Below, one piece after another: positions 1 to 11,895 of a stretch of DNA of 20,000 bases. The notes beneath the pieces are model-generated. The model worked only from the letters and a program-made list of their open reading frames with translations. It ran no database searches and was not told the origin of the DNA. Source of the stretch: Alloascoidea hylecoeti (taxonomy: Eukaryota). A program made the translations under genes and the position numbers. Position 1 is the stretch's first letter. The number at the start of each line of letters is the position of its first letter. Location of the stretch: positions 459,482-479,481 of the forward strand of contig BCKZ01000020.1 in assembly GCA_001600815.1 (NCBI GenBank), read 5' to 3'.

Positions 1-1116
1 AAACAGAGCTCAATGAATCTCAATATGCACAAAACTTCAGTGGCCATGATAAATATGCGATAATAATCGAATTTATCGTATTTACTATGTTTAATTTATT
101 GCAACTACGTAATACGTATACACAAAATGAAGTAAGAACAAAACTACATTTTCACCAATTTAAATTTAAACGAGATAGTTAATTTAATATAAAATTGCTT
201 TGCTTATTGTTTAATTAATTGCATTAATATTGCAATCCAAACGAAAAGACATGTCAAAAACTCTACCTAATTAATTACAACTAAACGTTTCTGCATGTCC
301 TATATTTTTAGCAAGGAAAATGTAAGGGGAAAATTTTTAATTATGCATATACAGCTACATGCATATATTAGTCGGGTCTTTTTATTTTGTTGGACATCTA
401 GAAAATTTTAGACTATGATTATAATTAACTTTAATTGGTTTTATATTGAGATCTTAAAACTTTGAAACTACTTATAATTTATAAGTTGAGAAGATCATTT
501 AAATATGTTGTAGTGTTTTGTTCATAGACATGATATTATCATTCATTATTTATATTTCAATAATCAGATTAAAGCCATACTTATTAATATGAGGATACAA
601 TACTGAAAACTGACAATCACATCTCTATTATATGTATGTACTTTTTTTATATAAATTGCTAATATTTAGATTACTCGAAGCTAAATCATTTCTGATATTT
701 AACTAGTACTAAGTTATCTGTTTTAAAGCTTAACCTTATTCATATAATTACATAACAAAACAAGGCCTAGGAGTATAAATCAGCTTTAAAGAATTATTAG
801 CTACAACATTCAATTCAATTCCAATTGCTACTCACTAGTGTAAGATCTCATATCTGCCAGGAGAATGTTTTTCATATCTAACTTTTATGATTGAGCTTCT
901 AGAACATACAAAGACTAGTTCAAAAAAGATCAAATGAAAACATTCATATCATATATTATAATCAACTAAATAGAGTAATATAGTAATATTAATAGTAATG
1001 GCATAAGCAGAATTATGAATTTATGATAAATTTAAATGAATATATGTAGGTGTTTATATAAAAATACTATCAACAATAGCAACAATTACGAACAAGTCAT
1101 CAATTACAATGAAAAA

Positions 1117-1178
1117 ATAAAATATAATAATATATAATAATGATAATAATATAATAATAATGATAATAATAATAATAT
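1117..1178. repeat. Imperfect (TAA)n microsatellite downstream of the WOPR gene
   Basis: ataataatgataataat unit occurs twice amid further aat triplets. Confidence 0.8.
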
Positions 1179-1535
1179 AGTATAGGATATATTGTATAGG
1201 GTAAATGTTGCAGGTTGTTCTTTATGCTTTGTGCTGATGTTCTGTTAATAGCTACAATAAATAATTCTTTTTTCTTTATTTAAATTTATAAATATCATAA
1301 ATCATTCAACATTCCTTAAATATATATGTATTAACAGTTTTAACTCAAAAACTTATTCGCTTATTTACTTTTTTAGTTAATTTTTTTTTTTTTTCTTTTC
1401 CTTTAAATCTTTTTCTCCTCATAAATATAAATCAATAGTATAGGAAACTTTCAAAGGATACCCCAGTTTCATTTAATCATAATTTTCCTATATATTTTTA
1501 ATCAATTGCTTGCAAATTTTAAAAAATCTTAAAGA

Positions 1536-3653
1536 TCATAATGTAAATTTCCTATTTAAAACATCAACTGCTTTTTTATCTTCTCCAATACCATTAGGAC
1601 TTGGATTTAAAATACTTCTTGTTGATGATGTATTATTATTATGAATTGGATTAGAATAACCATTTGAATATTCATTTGAAAATTCATTTGATTCACCACC
1701 ATTTGAATCAGTTGAATTTGTTAAATTTGAAATTTTTGGTAACATTGGTTTTGAATCATTTTTATTTTTTAATGGTAAAGGTCTTAAACTAAAATTAGTA
1801 TTACTTTCTAATGATGATGGTGGAGAAGTACTATTTGAATTTTGATAGGATTGTACTTGAGATTGTGATTGAAGTGGAATTGTAGCATCAATTAAATTTG
1901 AAATATTTGAAGTCGATGAAGCATGTCCTTGTTTTGGAGACTCAGTGTGAAAATTATCTGATCTCCACTTACTATCACTAGGATTTTCATTATTACTTGT
2001 ATCAGGGTTTGAAAGGGTATTTAAGTTCATAGTATTATTACTACCGTTGTTGTTATTGACTAATGGAGAATGACGTTCAGAAGAGATAATATTAGCAATA
2101 TCAGTCGTTCTTGATTGATTATACCTATTTAACGGTGGTAATGTTGTAGATATTAACATTGTGGGGGATATGTTATTACTATGGCTGTGATTATGACTAT
2201 GATTAGGGAGGGAATTGGGAGGACCACGATTTATGTTTTCATTTGAGGTTGGTTGTTGGATATTTGAGGATGGAACTGTAGATACAGGAGGATAAGCGGG
2301 TGGTAAGTTTAATGGAATTGGTCCTGTGGAACCATTAATGACATTATTTTGATTTGGTGGTGAATTTTGTTGTTGAACTTGAGCATGAGTTAGAATCTGT
2401 TGCTGCTGTTGTCGCTGTTGAGATTGTAGCTGTATCTGTTGCTGTCGTTGTTGTTGTTGTTGTTGTTGTTGTTGTTGATTATGTTGGTTCTGGAGTTGTT
2501 GCTGATATTGTTGTTGATACTGTTGCTGATACTGTTGTTGCTGTTCTTGTTGATCTTGAATGCTTAATGGAATATACTGTTGATGCTGTGACATTCCTAT
2601 TTGAGGTGGACCCATTTGAGATGCAAGTTGAGTTTGTGATACAGGAATAACAACAGTTTGAGACCCCCCTGGAGCTGGATATACTGACATAAATTGTTGA
2701 TATTGTGGAATCATCGCCTGTTGCTGTTGCTGTTGTTGTTGTTGTTGTAGTTGCTGTTGCTGTTGCTGTAATTGTTGTTGATGCTGCTGCTGCTGTTGCT
2801 GCTGCTGTTGCTGTTTCTGTGATAAAGCATACATTTGTGTTTGTGGAGGTTGTTGACGTATCCATTGATCATACATTGAAGATTGGACGACTAATTGAGG
2901 AAAAGAAGGTTGCATTGTTTCGCCGTATGTTATAATTGGTACTTGATTTGGAATAGCATTTAAATGGGGATTTGGTGCATTAGGATGTGCTTGTATAGCA
3001 ACCGGTAAACGAGCCATATTTGCAGCTTGTAATTGTTGATCTGAATAATTTTCAGGTAAAACAGAAGATTCAGGATACATTCCTTTTGGTATGATTATAT
3101 TCGTTAATTGTGGATCTCTTGAAGGACTTAATAAGAAATTTTGAGCAACATGAGTTCTTGAAAAATATGCTATTAAATGTAATTTTAAACCAGAAGTGGT
3201 TGTTATTGAAAAAGATTGTTTTATAAGACCATTTGATTTATAGCGATAGCCTTCATTTCCAGGAGAATCAGAAACGACTGGTATTAAAGTGCCACCTGGA
3301 CCAAGGTTCGATGAAGAATTTGAATCAGCTCTTGAAGAGTTTAAAGGGGAAGAGTCCTGGTCAGGTCGTCTTCCTTCCATCTCCCTGTAAGTTAAGAAAC
3401 TTCCACTAACTCTAGAAGCACTCCAAGATTTGCCATCGGTCCATCTTCTCATTCCAGCTTCTCTTTCGTCCCACACGAACACGGAGCCAGATCTGATTGC
3501 ATTCCGCTCTTTTTCGGACAGTCTTCGTTGGATTCTGGGTAGAATGCCCAGTCTGCTGCCTTCGAAGAGGACGATGGCATCCAAGGGAGTTTTAATATGC
3601 CCGTAATATGTTTCCATATTGACGTTAAGGTTGTTGTTTGGATGACTATACAT
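1536..3653 (-). CDS. PAC2: WOPR-domain (Gti1/Pac2 family) transcription factor, Pac2-type, with Q-rich and N/S-rich low-complexity C-terminal part
   Basis: 705-aa ORF. The N-terminus METYYGHIKTPLDAIVLFEGSRLGILPRIQRRLSEKERNAIRSGSVFVWDEREAGMRRWTDGKSWSASRVSGSFLTYREMEG is the WOPRa block of Pac2-type proteins; Gti1/Wor1-type proteins have GIKRWTDG..WSPSRI instead. YRYKSNGLIKQSFSITT...LHLIAYF is WOPRb. The C-terminal GEDKKAVDVLNRKF resembles the short conserved end of Pac2 homologs. The second ATG (3617, METY) matches the usual family start. Recognised from memory, no search run. Confidence 0.93.
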   Translation of the reverse strand: MYSHPNNNLNVNMETYYGHIKTPLDAIVLFEGSRLGILPRIQRRLSEKERNAIRSGSVFVWDEREAGMRRWTDGKSWSASRVSGSFLTYREMEGRRPDQDSSPLNSSRADSNSSSNLGPGGTLIPVVSDSPGNEGYRYKSNGLIKQSFSITTTSGLKLHLIAYFSRTHVAQNFLLSPSRDPQLTNIIIPKGMYPESSVLPENYSDQQLQAANMARLPVAIQAHPNAPNPHLNAIPNQVPIITYGETMQPSFPQLVVQSSMYDQWIRQQPPQTQMYALSQKQQQQQQQQQQHQQQLQQQQQQLQQQQQQQQQQAMIPQYQQFMSVYPAPGGSQTVVIPVSQTQLASQMGPPQIGMSQHQQYIPLSIQDQQEQQQQYQQQYQQQYQQQLQNQHNQQQQQQQQQQRQQQIQLQSQQRQQQQQILTHAQVQQQNSPPNQNNVINGSTGPIPLNLPPAYPPVSTVPSSNIQQPTSNENINRGPPNSLPNHSHNHSHSNNISPTMLISTTLPPLNRYNQSRTTDIANIISSERHSPLVNNNNGSNNTMNLNTLSNPDTSNNENPSDSKWRSDNFHTESPKQGHASSTSNISNLIDATIPLQSQSQVQSYQNSNSTSPPSSLESNTNFSLRPLPLKNKNDSKPMLPKISNLTNSTDSNGGESNEFSNEYSNGYSNPIHNNNTSSTRSILNPSPNGIGEDKKAVDVLNRKFTL
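2365..2822 (-). repeat. Coding CAA/CAG trinucleotide repeats (polyglutamine tracts) in the WOPR gene
   Basis: (TGT/TGC)n runs on the + strand at ~2400-2550 and ~2718-2820 translate to long Q runs and QQQY repeats. Confidence 0.95.
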
Positions 3654-4069
3654 TTGTTGGATCCGTGATGATAAATATTAATCGGTAAAACTGATAGAGT
3701 AAAAAAGATAAAGTAAATAGTATATTAAATAGGAATAAGAAAAAGTAGAGAGTTAAATCCAATGGATTTAACTGTCTTATATATGTAACTATATAGGCTA
3801 AATAATAATAAGGAGGTGGCAATAATATTAAGGGGCTTGCTGTAGTATATGAATGACCACGTAACCCCTGCATATCTAATATGCAAGGCATGTAGTTTAA
3901 TATAAATCTGAAACATATGTAGATCATTTGATGATTGATCTGCACTGCATATCGGATATGTAAGCATGAAATAAGTTAATTAAAATTGAAATAACAACAA
4001 TAAATAAATAAGGTTTCTCGAGTATATTTGATAATTTGGCAGCCAACTTGGATTGTACGTTTTGCGACG

Positions 4070-4230
4070 AGAAAAAGAGAAAAGAAAAGAAGCAAAGAAA
4101 AGAAGCAAAGAAAAGAAGTAAAATACAAATAAAAACCCAAACAGAAATAAAAATAAAAAATGAGTACAAAAGTAGAAATTAGAAATTGAAAATTAATTAT
4201 AAATTAAATTAAATTAAATTAAATAAGGAA
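4070..4230 (-). promoter_or_regulatory. Pyrimidine/T-rich tract (on - strand) upstream of the WOPR gene, probable nucleosome-poor core promoter or leader
   Basis: The + strand is almost pure A/G (gaaaaagagaaaagaaaaga...) followed by (aaatt)n, 420-580 bp upstream of the ATG. Confidence 0.5.
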
Positions 4231-4239
4231 AACCCAAAA

Positions 4240-4490
4240 TGGCCGAGTGTCCGGGCCAAAAAAAGCAACTCTCATCTGCATGCATGTCAATGCTAATCTC
4301 TAAATTAAGCACTGCTGCAGCCCTTCTCGTAACCTTTAATCCATGTGCGCACGTGACCACAACCGGAACTGGACGGGCCACCCGGGGCTTCTGCGCCTCA
4401 TTAAGCAATAAGCATATTTCTTATTTCATTTAACCTTTGGTGCGGTGAGACTTTGTGGCTCAGTTGCGCTGTGATTGGCCAACCTCTCTT
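4240..4490. promoter_or_regulatory. GC-rich upstream regulatory island with GTCACGTG E-box (4350-4357) and CCAAT box (4474-4478)
   Basis: Local GC is visibly about half versus a strongly AT-rich background. CACGTGAC (reverse GTCACGTG) matches the Cbf1/Tye7-type bHLH consensus. ATTGG is CCAAT on the gene's strand. Confidence 0.55.
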
Positions 4491-4539
4491 TTTAATTTCT
4501 ATCAGCATGGCTTCTTTTTGGATTTTCGTTATAATTAGC

Positions 4540-4562
4540 CTTAAGCTTAAGCTTAAGCTTAA
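4540..4562. repeat. (TTAAGC)n self-complementary hexamer tandem repeat
   Basis: cttaagcttaagcttaagcttaa; shorter versions at 5467-5478, 6205-6230, 6881-6889 and 15957-15968. Confidence 0.9.
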
Positions 4563-7500
4563 AGGTGCTCAAATTTCTTCATGTTTCATATATTAGTACT
4601 GCAGATCCATTATATAATAATTATATAATCAGTGGCAGTTCATCCTAGGCCCTACGACATTCTGGTAACCCCTATGCCAATATTCAGGGTTTAATCTGAG
4701 ACTTCGAGTCTTATAGGTAACTGTACACTTGTCCTCTTTATTTCGATATCAAAGAAGGAATGTTAGCAATTAATAAAAAAGTATAAAAGAATGTTCATTC
4801 ACTAGGTATAACATAAATAGCTAGTTTATATGGATCTTACTTAACTATTTATAAGCCTATGTACGATCCTAGTAATTCTTACCGTTTTCACCGTTAACAA
4901 TTACATACAGCCGTGATCAAACGGGTCTTTGTTTTCCACAATAATCAACTGCTATTATTGCTGTTTAAGGTTTTAAGGTTAAGGTTATTGAGGTTATGCA
5001 TAATTTTTTAATCTTTTATTTTCATGTTCTGTCAATAACAACCTTAACTGTCAATTGCAATCGTAATTGTGAAGAGAGGATCTGCTATGTTCATATGATA
5101 ATTGTTGTTGATCTATATTCTACTTCATGATCCATTACAACTTTATAATTAATTATAAAATTACACTTGCAATTGGAATATCATGAAACTTTAGCTTCTT
5201 TTATAGTAAATATTGTTGCAAATTTATTTCACTAGCAAGCAGTTTTAGCTTGAAATTAGTATATATATCCAAACATGAAGAATGATAACTAGCACCCGAG
5301 TTTAGATCAAGAGATTACTTTTAACCCCCTGTTCTAGCTTTCGAGAGCCTTCTAATAAATAATATATTACTTTTAATAGAAAATAAGCGTCGTAATTGCA
5401 ATTGCTAATAGGTATGTATTATAATAAGGTGTTGTATTAGAAATTAGACTTTAAAACACTTCGCACGCTTAAGCTTAAAAATTCGGTCCAATAAATCTTT
5501 ATCACGATTGTAAATCGCCATTAACTGCTGTAATAGTAATATATCCCGAAGATTCTAATTGTATACGTATATATATCCCTGACCACCTGTTCAGTTACCC
5601 CATATTCTATGGTAAACATCTTGAAAGTTGAATTTAAAAATATAGATAGATGTAACTTATAATTCGAGCGCTGAGCCTCAACTACAATTATACCGTAGCT
5701 ATAGGTGTTAACGTTTCTTTAATAGATAGCTAATAGCTATCAAACTAAATCTGAAATTGCTTGAACTTTAGTTTTCTAAAAGACATTATAAGTCTCCTTT
5801 ATTGCTACTAATTTATTACTTAAAATCAGACACTCTAGATCCTATAATGAAATTCGGGTATTTTAACATATATTGTTTTCTGTAAAAAATAAATAATTTT
5901 AAGAAGGGACAAAATCATTAAATTTCAATTTAATTAAGCCGAAATCAAAATCAAAAATCAAATATACTAATTATAAATCAATATATGAATCAAGCTCTTT
6001 CAAACTATCATGCCATTATTTATTATTATTTTTCAAGTTTTGAATTATAATCAATTCAAACTCTTATAGATTTTCATGCCATCGAGCCGAAGGACAATTA
6101 TAAGGGTAAAGCTCAGTAAATCGATATAAGAACAATTAATAATATTGTTGTTTATTAAATATATTTCCACGTCATTTAACAAATACGCGTATATGCTCTT
6201 ATAATTAAGCTTATAATTAAGCTTAAGCTTGTAGTTCACTATTATTCTAGCTCTATTGGCTACATACATACTAACCTACCACTCGAATCTTCTCCTTCAT
6301 CCGTATATTAGTTTAAATCATTTAATTTATCTATAACCCTTCTTATTATTTCTAATTATATTGAGAATATAAAATTAAATGCTTTATGTATAAGAATAAA
6401 AATATTAATTTATATACCACTATGAAATTCTAAATTCGAAGTTCAGAATCTTTTAAAGCAAATTATCTTTTAGTGCTCACGCATATAATGTGATGTGATG
6501 TATGCACGTTAAATTCAATGTAAGTTTGAACCCTAAACTGATCATTTCCCGATTTAGATCTATGCATATGAATAATGGCTGTTGTAAATCCAACCTTAAG
6601 CCCCTAATTACATAGTATTGAATTTTAGTCTAGTAGACACTGGACAGTGGACAGTATGTGACAAATTCGATACCTAATATACTAGTATTCTTAAGGTTGG
6701 CAAGCTGGCTATAAGCTCACGATCCGGGTTTCGTACATACGCTAGATGTATAATTAACTATACGATTTCTTCTTAATCATGATATTTATTATATATCTTA
6801 GACTATGATTAGGATTAAGCGTGAACTTTTAAGCAATAATGTGAAAAGAATCAACTAATTAATTAACATGTATTAATTATCTTAAGCTTTAATTATAATT
6901 ATGATTTTTATTTTTATAATCTTGGCAGAAATTTACCAAATATAGGCTATACTTCCAGATTTAATAGAAATTTCAGTCTAGATCTTCATTAATTTCACAA
7001 TATATTTATATAATATAATTCAGAATTCATGATCATTATTATTTAACGATATTAATATTCTAAATTTGAGCTTCCGATATTTCCATTATATATTAATGAT
7101 TAATATATTGTAATTGCAAAATAAATTAGTTTATGTATAAGAATCTTATAGGTTACATTTAGTTAGTATGTTTTTTTTAAAGTTGGTCATATGAACAAAT
7201 CCTTTCATTTGATCATTGATATACTGTAATTAAAATGATTTTATAGAGGTCGTAATTATATTTAATTATGAAGTCATCTTATCATTAATATAAGCAATGT
7301 TAAGCACAATATATTCTATTCAACTGCAAGTTTATACAGTTAAGTTACGAGTATGAAACCATTTATATTTTATAGTGAAGTCAAATTCGGTTGATAATTA
7401 TGAGAATTTAGAACAGAACATAACATACAATTGCGATTAATTTATGTAAAGTAATCTTATCATTAATTTGTATAACATAATTAATATTAACCACGGAGTA

Positions 7501-10500
7501 CAGTGATGATTAGTAAAATATCAATGAAATTTCTTTGTCATGTAAGGGTTTGTTTTGTTTGCTCCTACATGTTTATCCAAGTTATCTTTTTAATGTCTTT
7601 GATCAATCTACAGTTTAACAATTTTAACAAGCAGTTCAAGCGTTGAGTTGAATGAAGGATATTCCTGATGGCAATTTATTCCTTCATAGCTATAGCTAAT
7701 CAACCAATTGCTGGATTGATTTACAAATTGCAATTGCGCTATATATTTCGAGATTTTTAAGAGTTATGATTAACTATTGCGGTACTTGCAGTCATGTAGT
7801 CAAAAGCCTCTTTAATTGTGTAATTATTTAACCCGTTCGTAAGTCCGACCTTCTAGGAACAAATTACAGTTAAATAGGAAATATGTCAAGGTCTGTCTGT
7901 CGCTCTCCACATCCACATGGTCTGGGATAATATTAATGAGCATAATCATACGTGTAATGCGTGTCCTAAGATGCATCTTATCATAGCTCTCGCCGTATTT
8001 CTTTCTACTTTTCACATATTGTTGTAAGGAGAGCTGAGTTGACAAATTTAGGGTGACATTTCTAAAATTGATTTTGAATAAAGAACGTTAACCCTAGGTT
8101 ATAACTTATAATTTTGGTTCAATCGTTTGGAGATACTTTGGTTTATTTTTTTGATATTTTTATTTCACAATTCAATTAGTTTTGTAGCAGTTAGTTTATT
8201 CCAATCTTTAAATTTGAATATTTATAGATTGGTTATTTGATTGTTGATCCGCCCAGATTTTATTAGTTAACATTCCTCAACAAAGGTCTATTCTTTAGTA
8301 GCTTAATAGGATTGTTTGCCATGCGAATATTCGTAAAATCTTCGTAAAATCTTCCTCAAGCTTATCCTGGTCACTGCTATAAATAATGGTGGTTCTCAAG
8401 GTAAGGTTTATATTATGACAGTCAGGGACATCTCACTGTGCCCGGGATCTTTTTGGGGTGCTTGCTATTGTACTCGTTCGAAATTTAGCATCATCGCTTT
8501 TTGCAGGGAACGAGATTTCAGAAATTCAGATTCATAATCGACATCCCAAACCTAAGTATATTTGACAAGGAAAAATACCTGAACGTCCTTGGAATAAGCC
8601 TTCCAGTCATCGTATCACACATCTTGATTCTTTTGTTTTAGTTTTCGATTTCTTGATCTTGTTGGTTGATTTGTTCCTTGAATTTGACATTTAAGTCTAA
8701 CCATACTCTCACTGTTTTAACGACCCATCCGATTGGTTGAAGGTTCCTATGGGTTTACTGGTGATCGGCTTTGTTAATATAAAAATTTAAAGTATGATGA
8801 TGGAAAAGCCAATAAGAATTATCCTTAGATGCTTATTTTCCTTCTATGGGAAATATATTGAATTATTAGTATCGATTTATCCTAATAATTTAATGGATAA
8901 TGAGGAAAATACAGTAATAACTATACGTAAGAGCTTAATTACTTGGTTGGGGTGTATACTGAAAGATTAATATCAAGATATCTTTATTATTTCAATGATA
9001 TTCTTGATATTTCATTAAATGCTAAGGGGAACGTATAATATCTAATTATACAAAGATCAACTGTTTAAGGTTGAGAGTGAGATTTTGGATATATAGCTAA
9101 TTAATCGTTTTTGATTTTTGCGATTGTTTGATATCGGCCTCATCGATATCAATTGCAAACATATATATTGTGGGATACATGTATTTACGGGTTGCGATTA
9201 GTGAACTGTATTTCTCCAACTATCATTATCAGTGCCATTGTACACAAATACCTATATTATAAACTTATAGGCTTATACTTAATACGAAAGGGAATCCTAG
9301 TTTAAACATTAAAAAGGGGATGCGATCAAGAGATACGTACGTGTAGATGCTTAAATGTCAAAATGACTCACTGGCTATTAAATATAGCTTAATAAACATT
9401 AAGAAGATACCTAACACGTAATATATACCTGTTGCAAATTATAATTATGATTTCCAAGGGACAAAGAAAAAGAATTGCAACGTATAAGTAAGTTATAAGG
9501 TAGACCTCTAAAAGAATGCAATAATTTTGAATGTATACAAAATGAACAAGAAGACATGAACTACGTAGCCGTTATCTGTAATGGACAAACCGGCAGAATG
9601 TAACATGAGACATCATAATCAATATGTTATACTTCTAGCCCTTTTTGCAATTGCAAGTAATAATTATATTTTAAGGCCTAGGTATAAAAAGAAACGTTTT
9701 TCATTTAATATCGATTAAGGAATGTTCGGTAATACTTGTTCCGCTATACATTTGTAAACCGATAGTGTCTTACGTACAATATAAGTTATATTATATTGAA
9801 GGCTCATATGACATAGTTAATTAATTGTATAGGGCCATCTACTGTGGCGTTCGACAGATGAAATTTTATTGGCACATGGGATCCGGATACTTATAATTAA
9901 TGAACTCGAGAATTTGAACATCATGAATCATGAATCATGATCAATAACGAGTTGAAAACCGATCAACGGATATATAGAATGTTCGTTACTTTGCAAATTT
10001 CGTTACCAGACTGTTGGATCTTTGATGAACAAGCTAAAGAAAACATAGTCTAAAACTGGAGAAATTACATTTAGCAAAAACATCCTTTAGATCCGTTGAT
10101 CGTATTAAGCTTGACTGATATCTGGATTCTCGACGCAATTCACGTATTTCACTGCTATTGGTACTATTTGAAGACTGTAGGTATAGTATACTGATGAAGA
10201 AGTAGTAAACAAATGTGAGCCAAATATTGAATATATATAGCATTAGGATATCAGTGCTATACATGTATTAATGTTGTTCAATATGTTTTGACTTCTTATT
10301 GGACTATTATATTTATATTCTTAGAATTCCATTTCTTCAATCTTCATTTTGATTTATAGTTATAACATCAGTGGACTATGAATAACATATACAAATTATT
10401 TGATTCCGCTTAACATTGGGCACAGAATTCGATTATCCCAATATTTGACCACATCTTAACTATTCAGCTTAAAAGGTGACAGAAATCAAGTGGAATCATG

Positions 10501-11836
10501 GTATATTAATATTAGTACTTATCTTTTCATTTCAGTAGAACAATATCAGGATATAGGTAATACTAATTACTAATTACTAATTTCCATTAATTGGTGATCT
10601 GTTTTGTAAAATATTATTTACATATGTCATACATCATTTAGCCCATCATTGCATATGCATGTGATGAACTTAGGTATAAGTTAGATGTATATGCATATGC
10701 ATACATAGTTATAGGTAAGTTTCACACCACCAGCGCGTAGCTTAGACTTTTTTCAATTTATTTATTGCCTATATAAAAGTTCTTCATCTTATGTGAGATA
10801 CAGGAAAATTTGGTATACGTAGTGCTTTCTTAAAGGTTGTACCATTTGGCGTCGTTCAGCAGAGATGATTTTCCCGAACTCGTAACTCACCCTAAATGAA
10901 CGTTTATTTTCTTTTATGGAGGGACCGAAAATAAATAAATATTGTTAACTTTTAGGAAAACCAAAAGAATTTAAATATCTCGGGAGAAAATGTGGTCACG
11001 ACAGTGACGACACCAAATTCAATTCAATTATATAAAGACGACGAAAGGTAGATGAATGGCCAATTTACCAAATTTCGCGGCCATACAAATAATATTGTGA
11101 AGCACACACGTGTAAAGTCAAGAAGGCCAATCTAGATGTATGAATGCACATGTATGCTTAGATATTTCCTAAGAACGTAATATACAGATGAAAACATATT
11201 TTTTGAAGAAGAACGTTGTTCATTTTCAGTGGTGGGCACACACATCTTCTCATCGACCGTAATATCCTCATTGGTATTGCGTTACTTTTCTGATATACCT
11301 TTTGAGTTGATCTGGATCCACTTCAACGGGGACAAAATACTCTGGACTATATAACCTCAGCCTTTCGTTAAACTAAATAATCGGCCATTATGGGACTAAT
11401 TATTCCGCCGATTTTTGAACATATTTAGCCAAAATACAAATTTAGTCAAAAAATGGCCCATAAATATAAAGCGTAAAGCTGTCATGCTTAAATATCACTA
11501 TCAAGTTCTTGGTCGCATAATTATTTAAATTTTATTTCAAATAATATTAATTATTCGTTCATTATAATAATGTTTATCACAAAAATTTATTGGACTCAAT
11601 ATCCCGGGATTACTTAAAGAGGTAAAAATAGGTCAGCGTCAGAAGTGTAACTTACACGCGAGGAGCAGCATTGATCAATCATGAAGAGATTCGTCAAAAT
11701 ATCAGAGCAAATAATTAGTGGCAGAACTACCTGAAAACACCGACGTTATATTATGGTATATGATACTATTATTAGAAAAACATCATAAACCACTAATTAT
11801 GTTTTAATCAATCTTTGAAGACTTTCAACTTCAATC

Positions 11837-11844
11837 TATATAAA
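11837..11844 (+). promoter_or_regulatory. Candidate TATA box (TATATAAA) of copy A; identical element for copy B at 14934-14941 (-)
   Basis: Consensus match ~55 bp upstream of the ATG. It is absent at the aligned position in copy C, and chance matches are likely in AT-rich DNA. Confidence 0.35.
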
Positions 11845-11895
11845 TATTGTATTATCATTGATATATATTTCCAATAATATTAATTTAACAAACTT

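Noticed and set aside
2354..2935. Val/Ala-rich and Thr/Ala-rich ORFs (2354-2650, 2479-2865, 2705-2935)
   Set aside because: Antisense or alternate-frame shadows of the polyQ repeats.
3725..4433. Short ORFs 3725-3967, 3924-4169, 4214-4408 and 4239-4433 as protein genes
   Set aside because: They overlap low-complexity or GC-rich promoter DNA, have no recognisable domain, and their composition follows the base skew.
4240..4490. GC-rich island as a tRNA or other structured RNA
   Set aside because: No cloverleaf or A/B-box (GTTCGA-type) pattern is visible; promoter motifs explain it better.
6269..6275. TACTAAC branch-point-like sequence (also reversed near 7162)
   Set aside because: No associated exon structure or ORF; expected by chance in AT-rich DNA.
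6051..10264. Short ORFs 6051-6269 and 10034-10264 (also 17815-18006 and 18625-18840)
   Set aside because: No recognisable motifs. 17815-18006 is an alternate frame of copy C, and 18625-18840 lies in duplicated promoter DNA.
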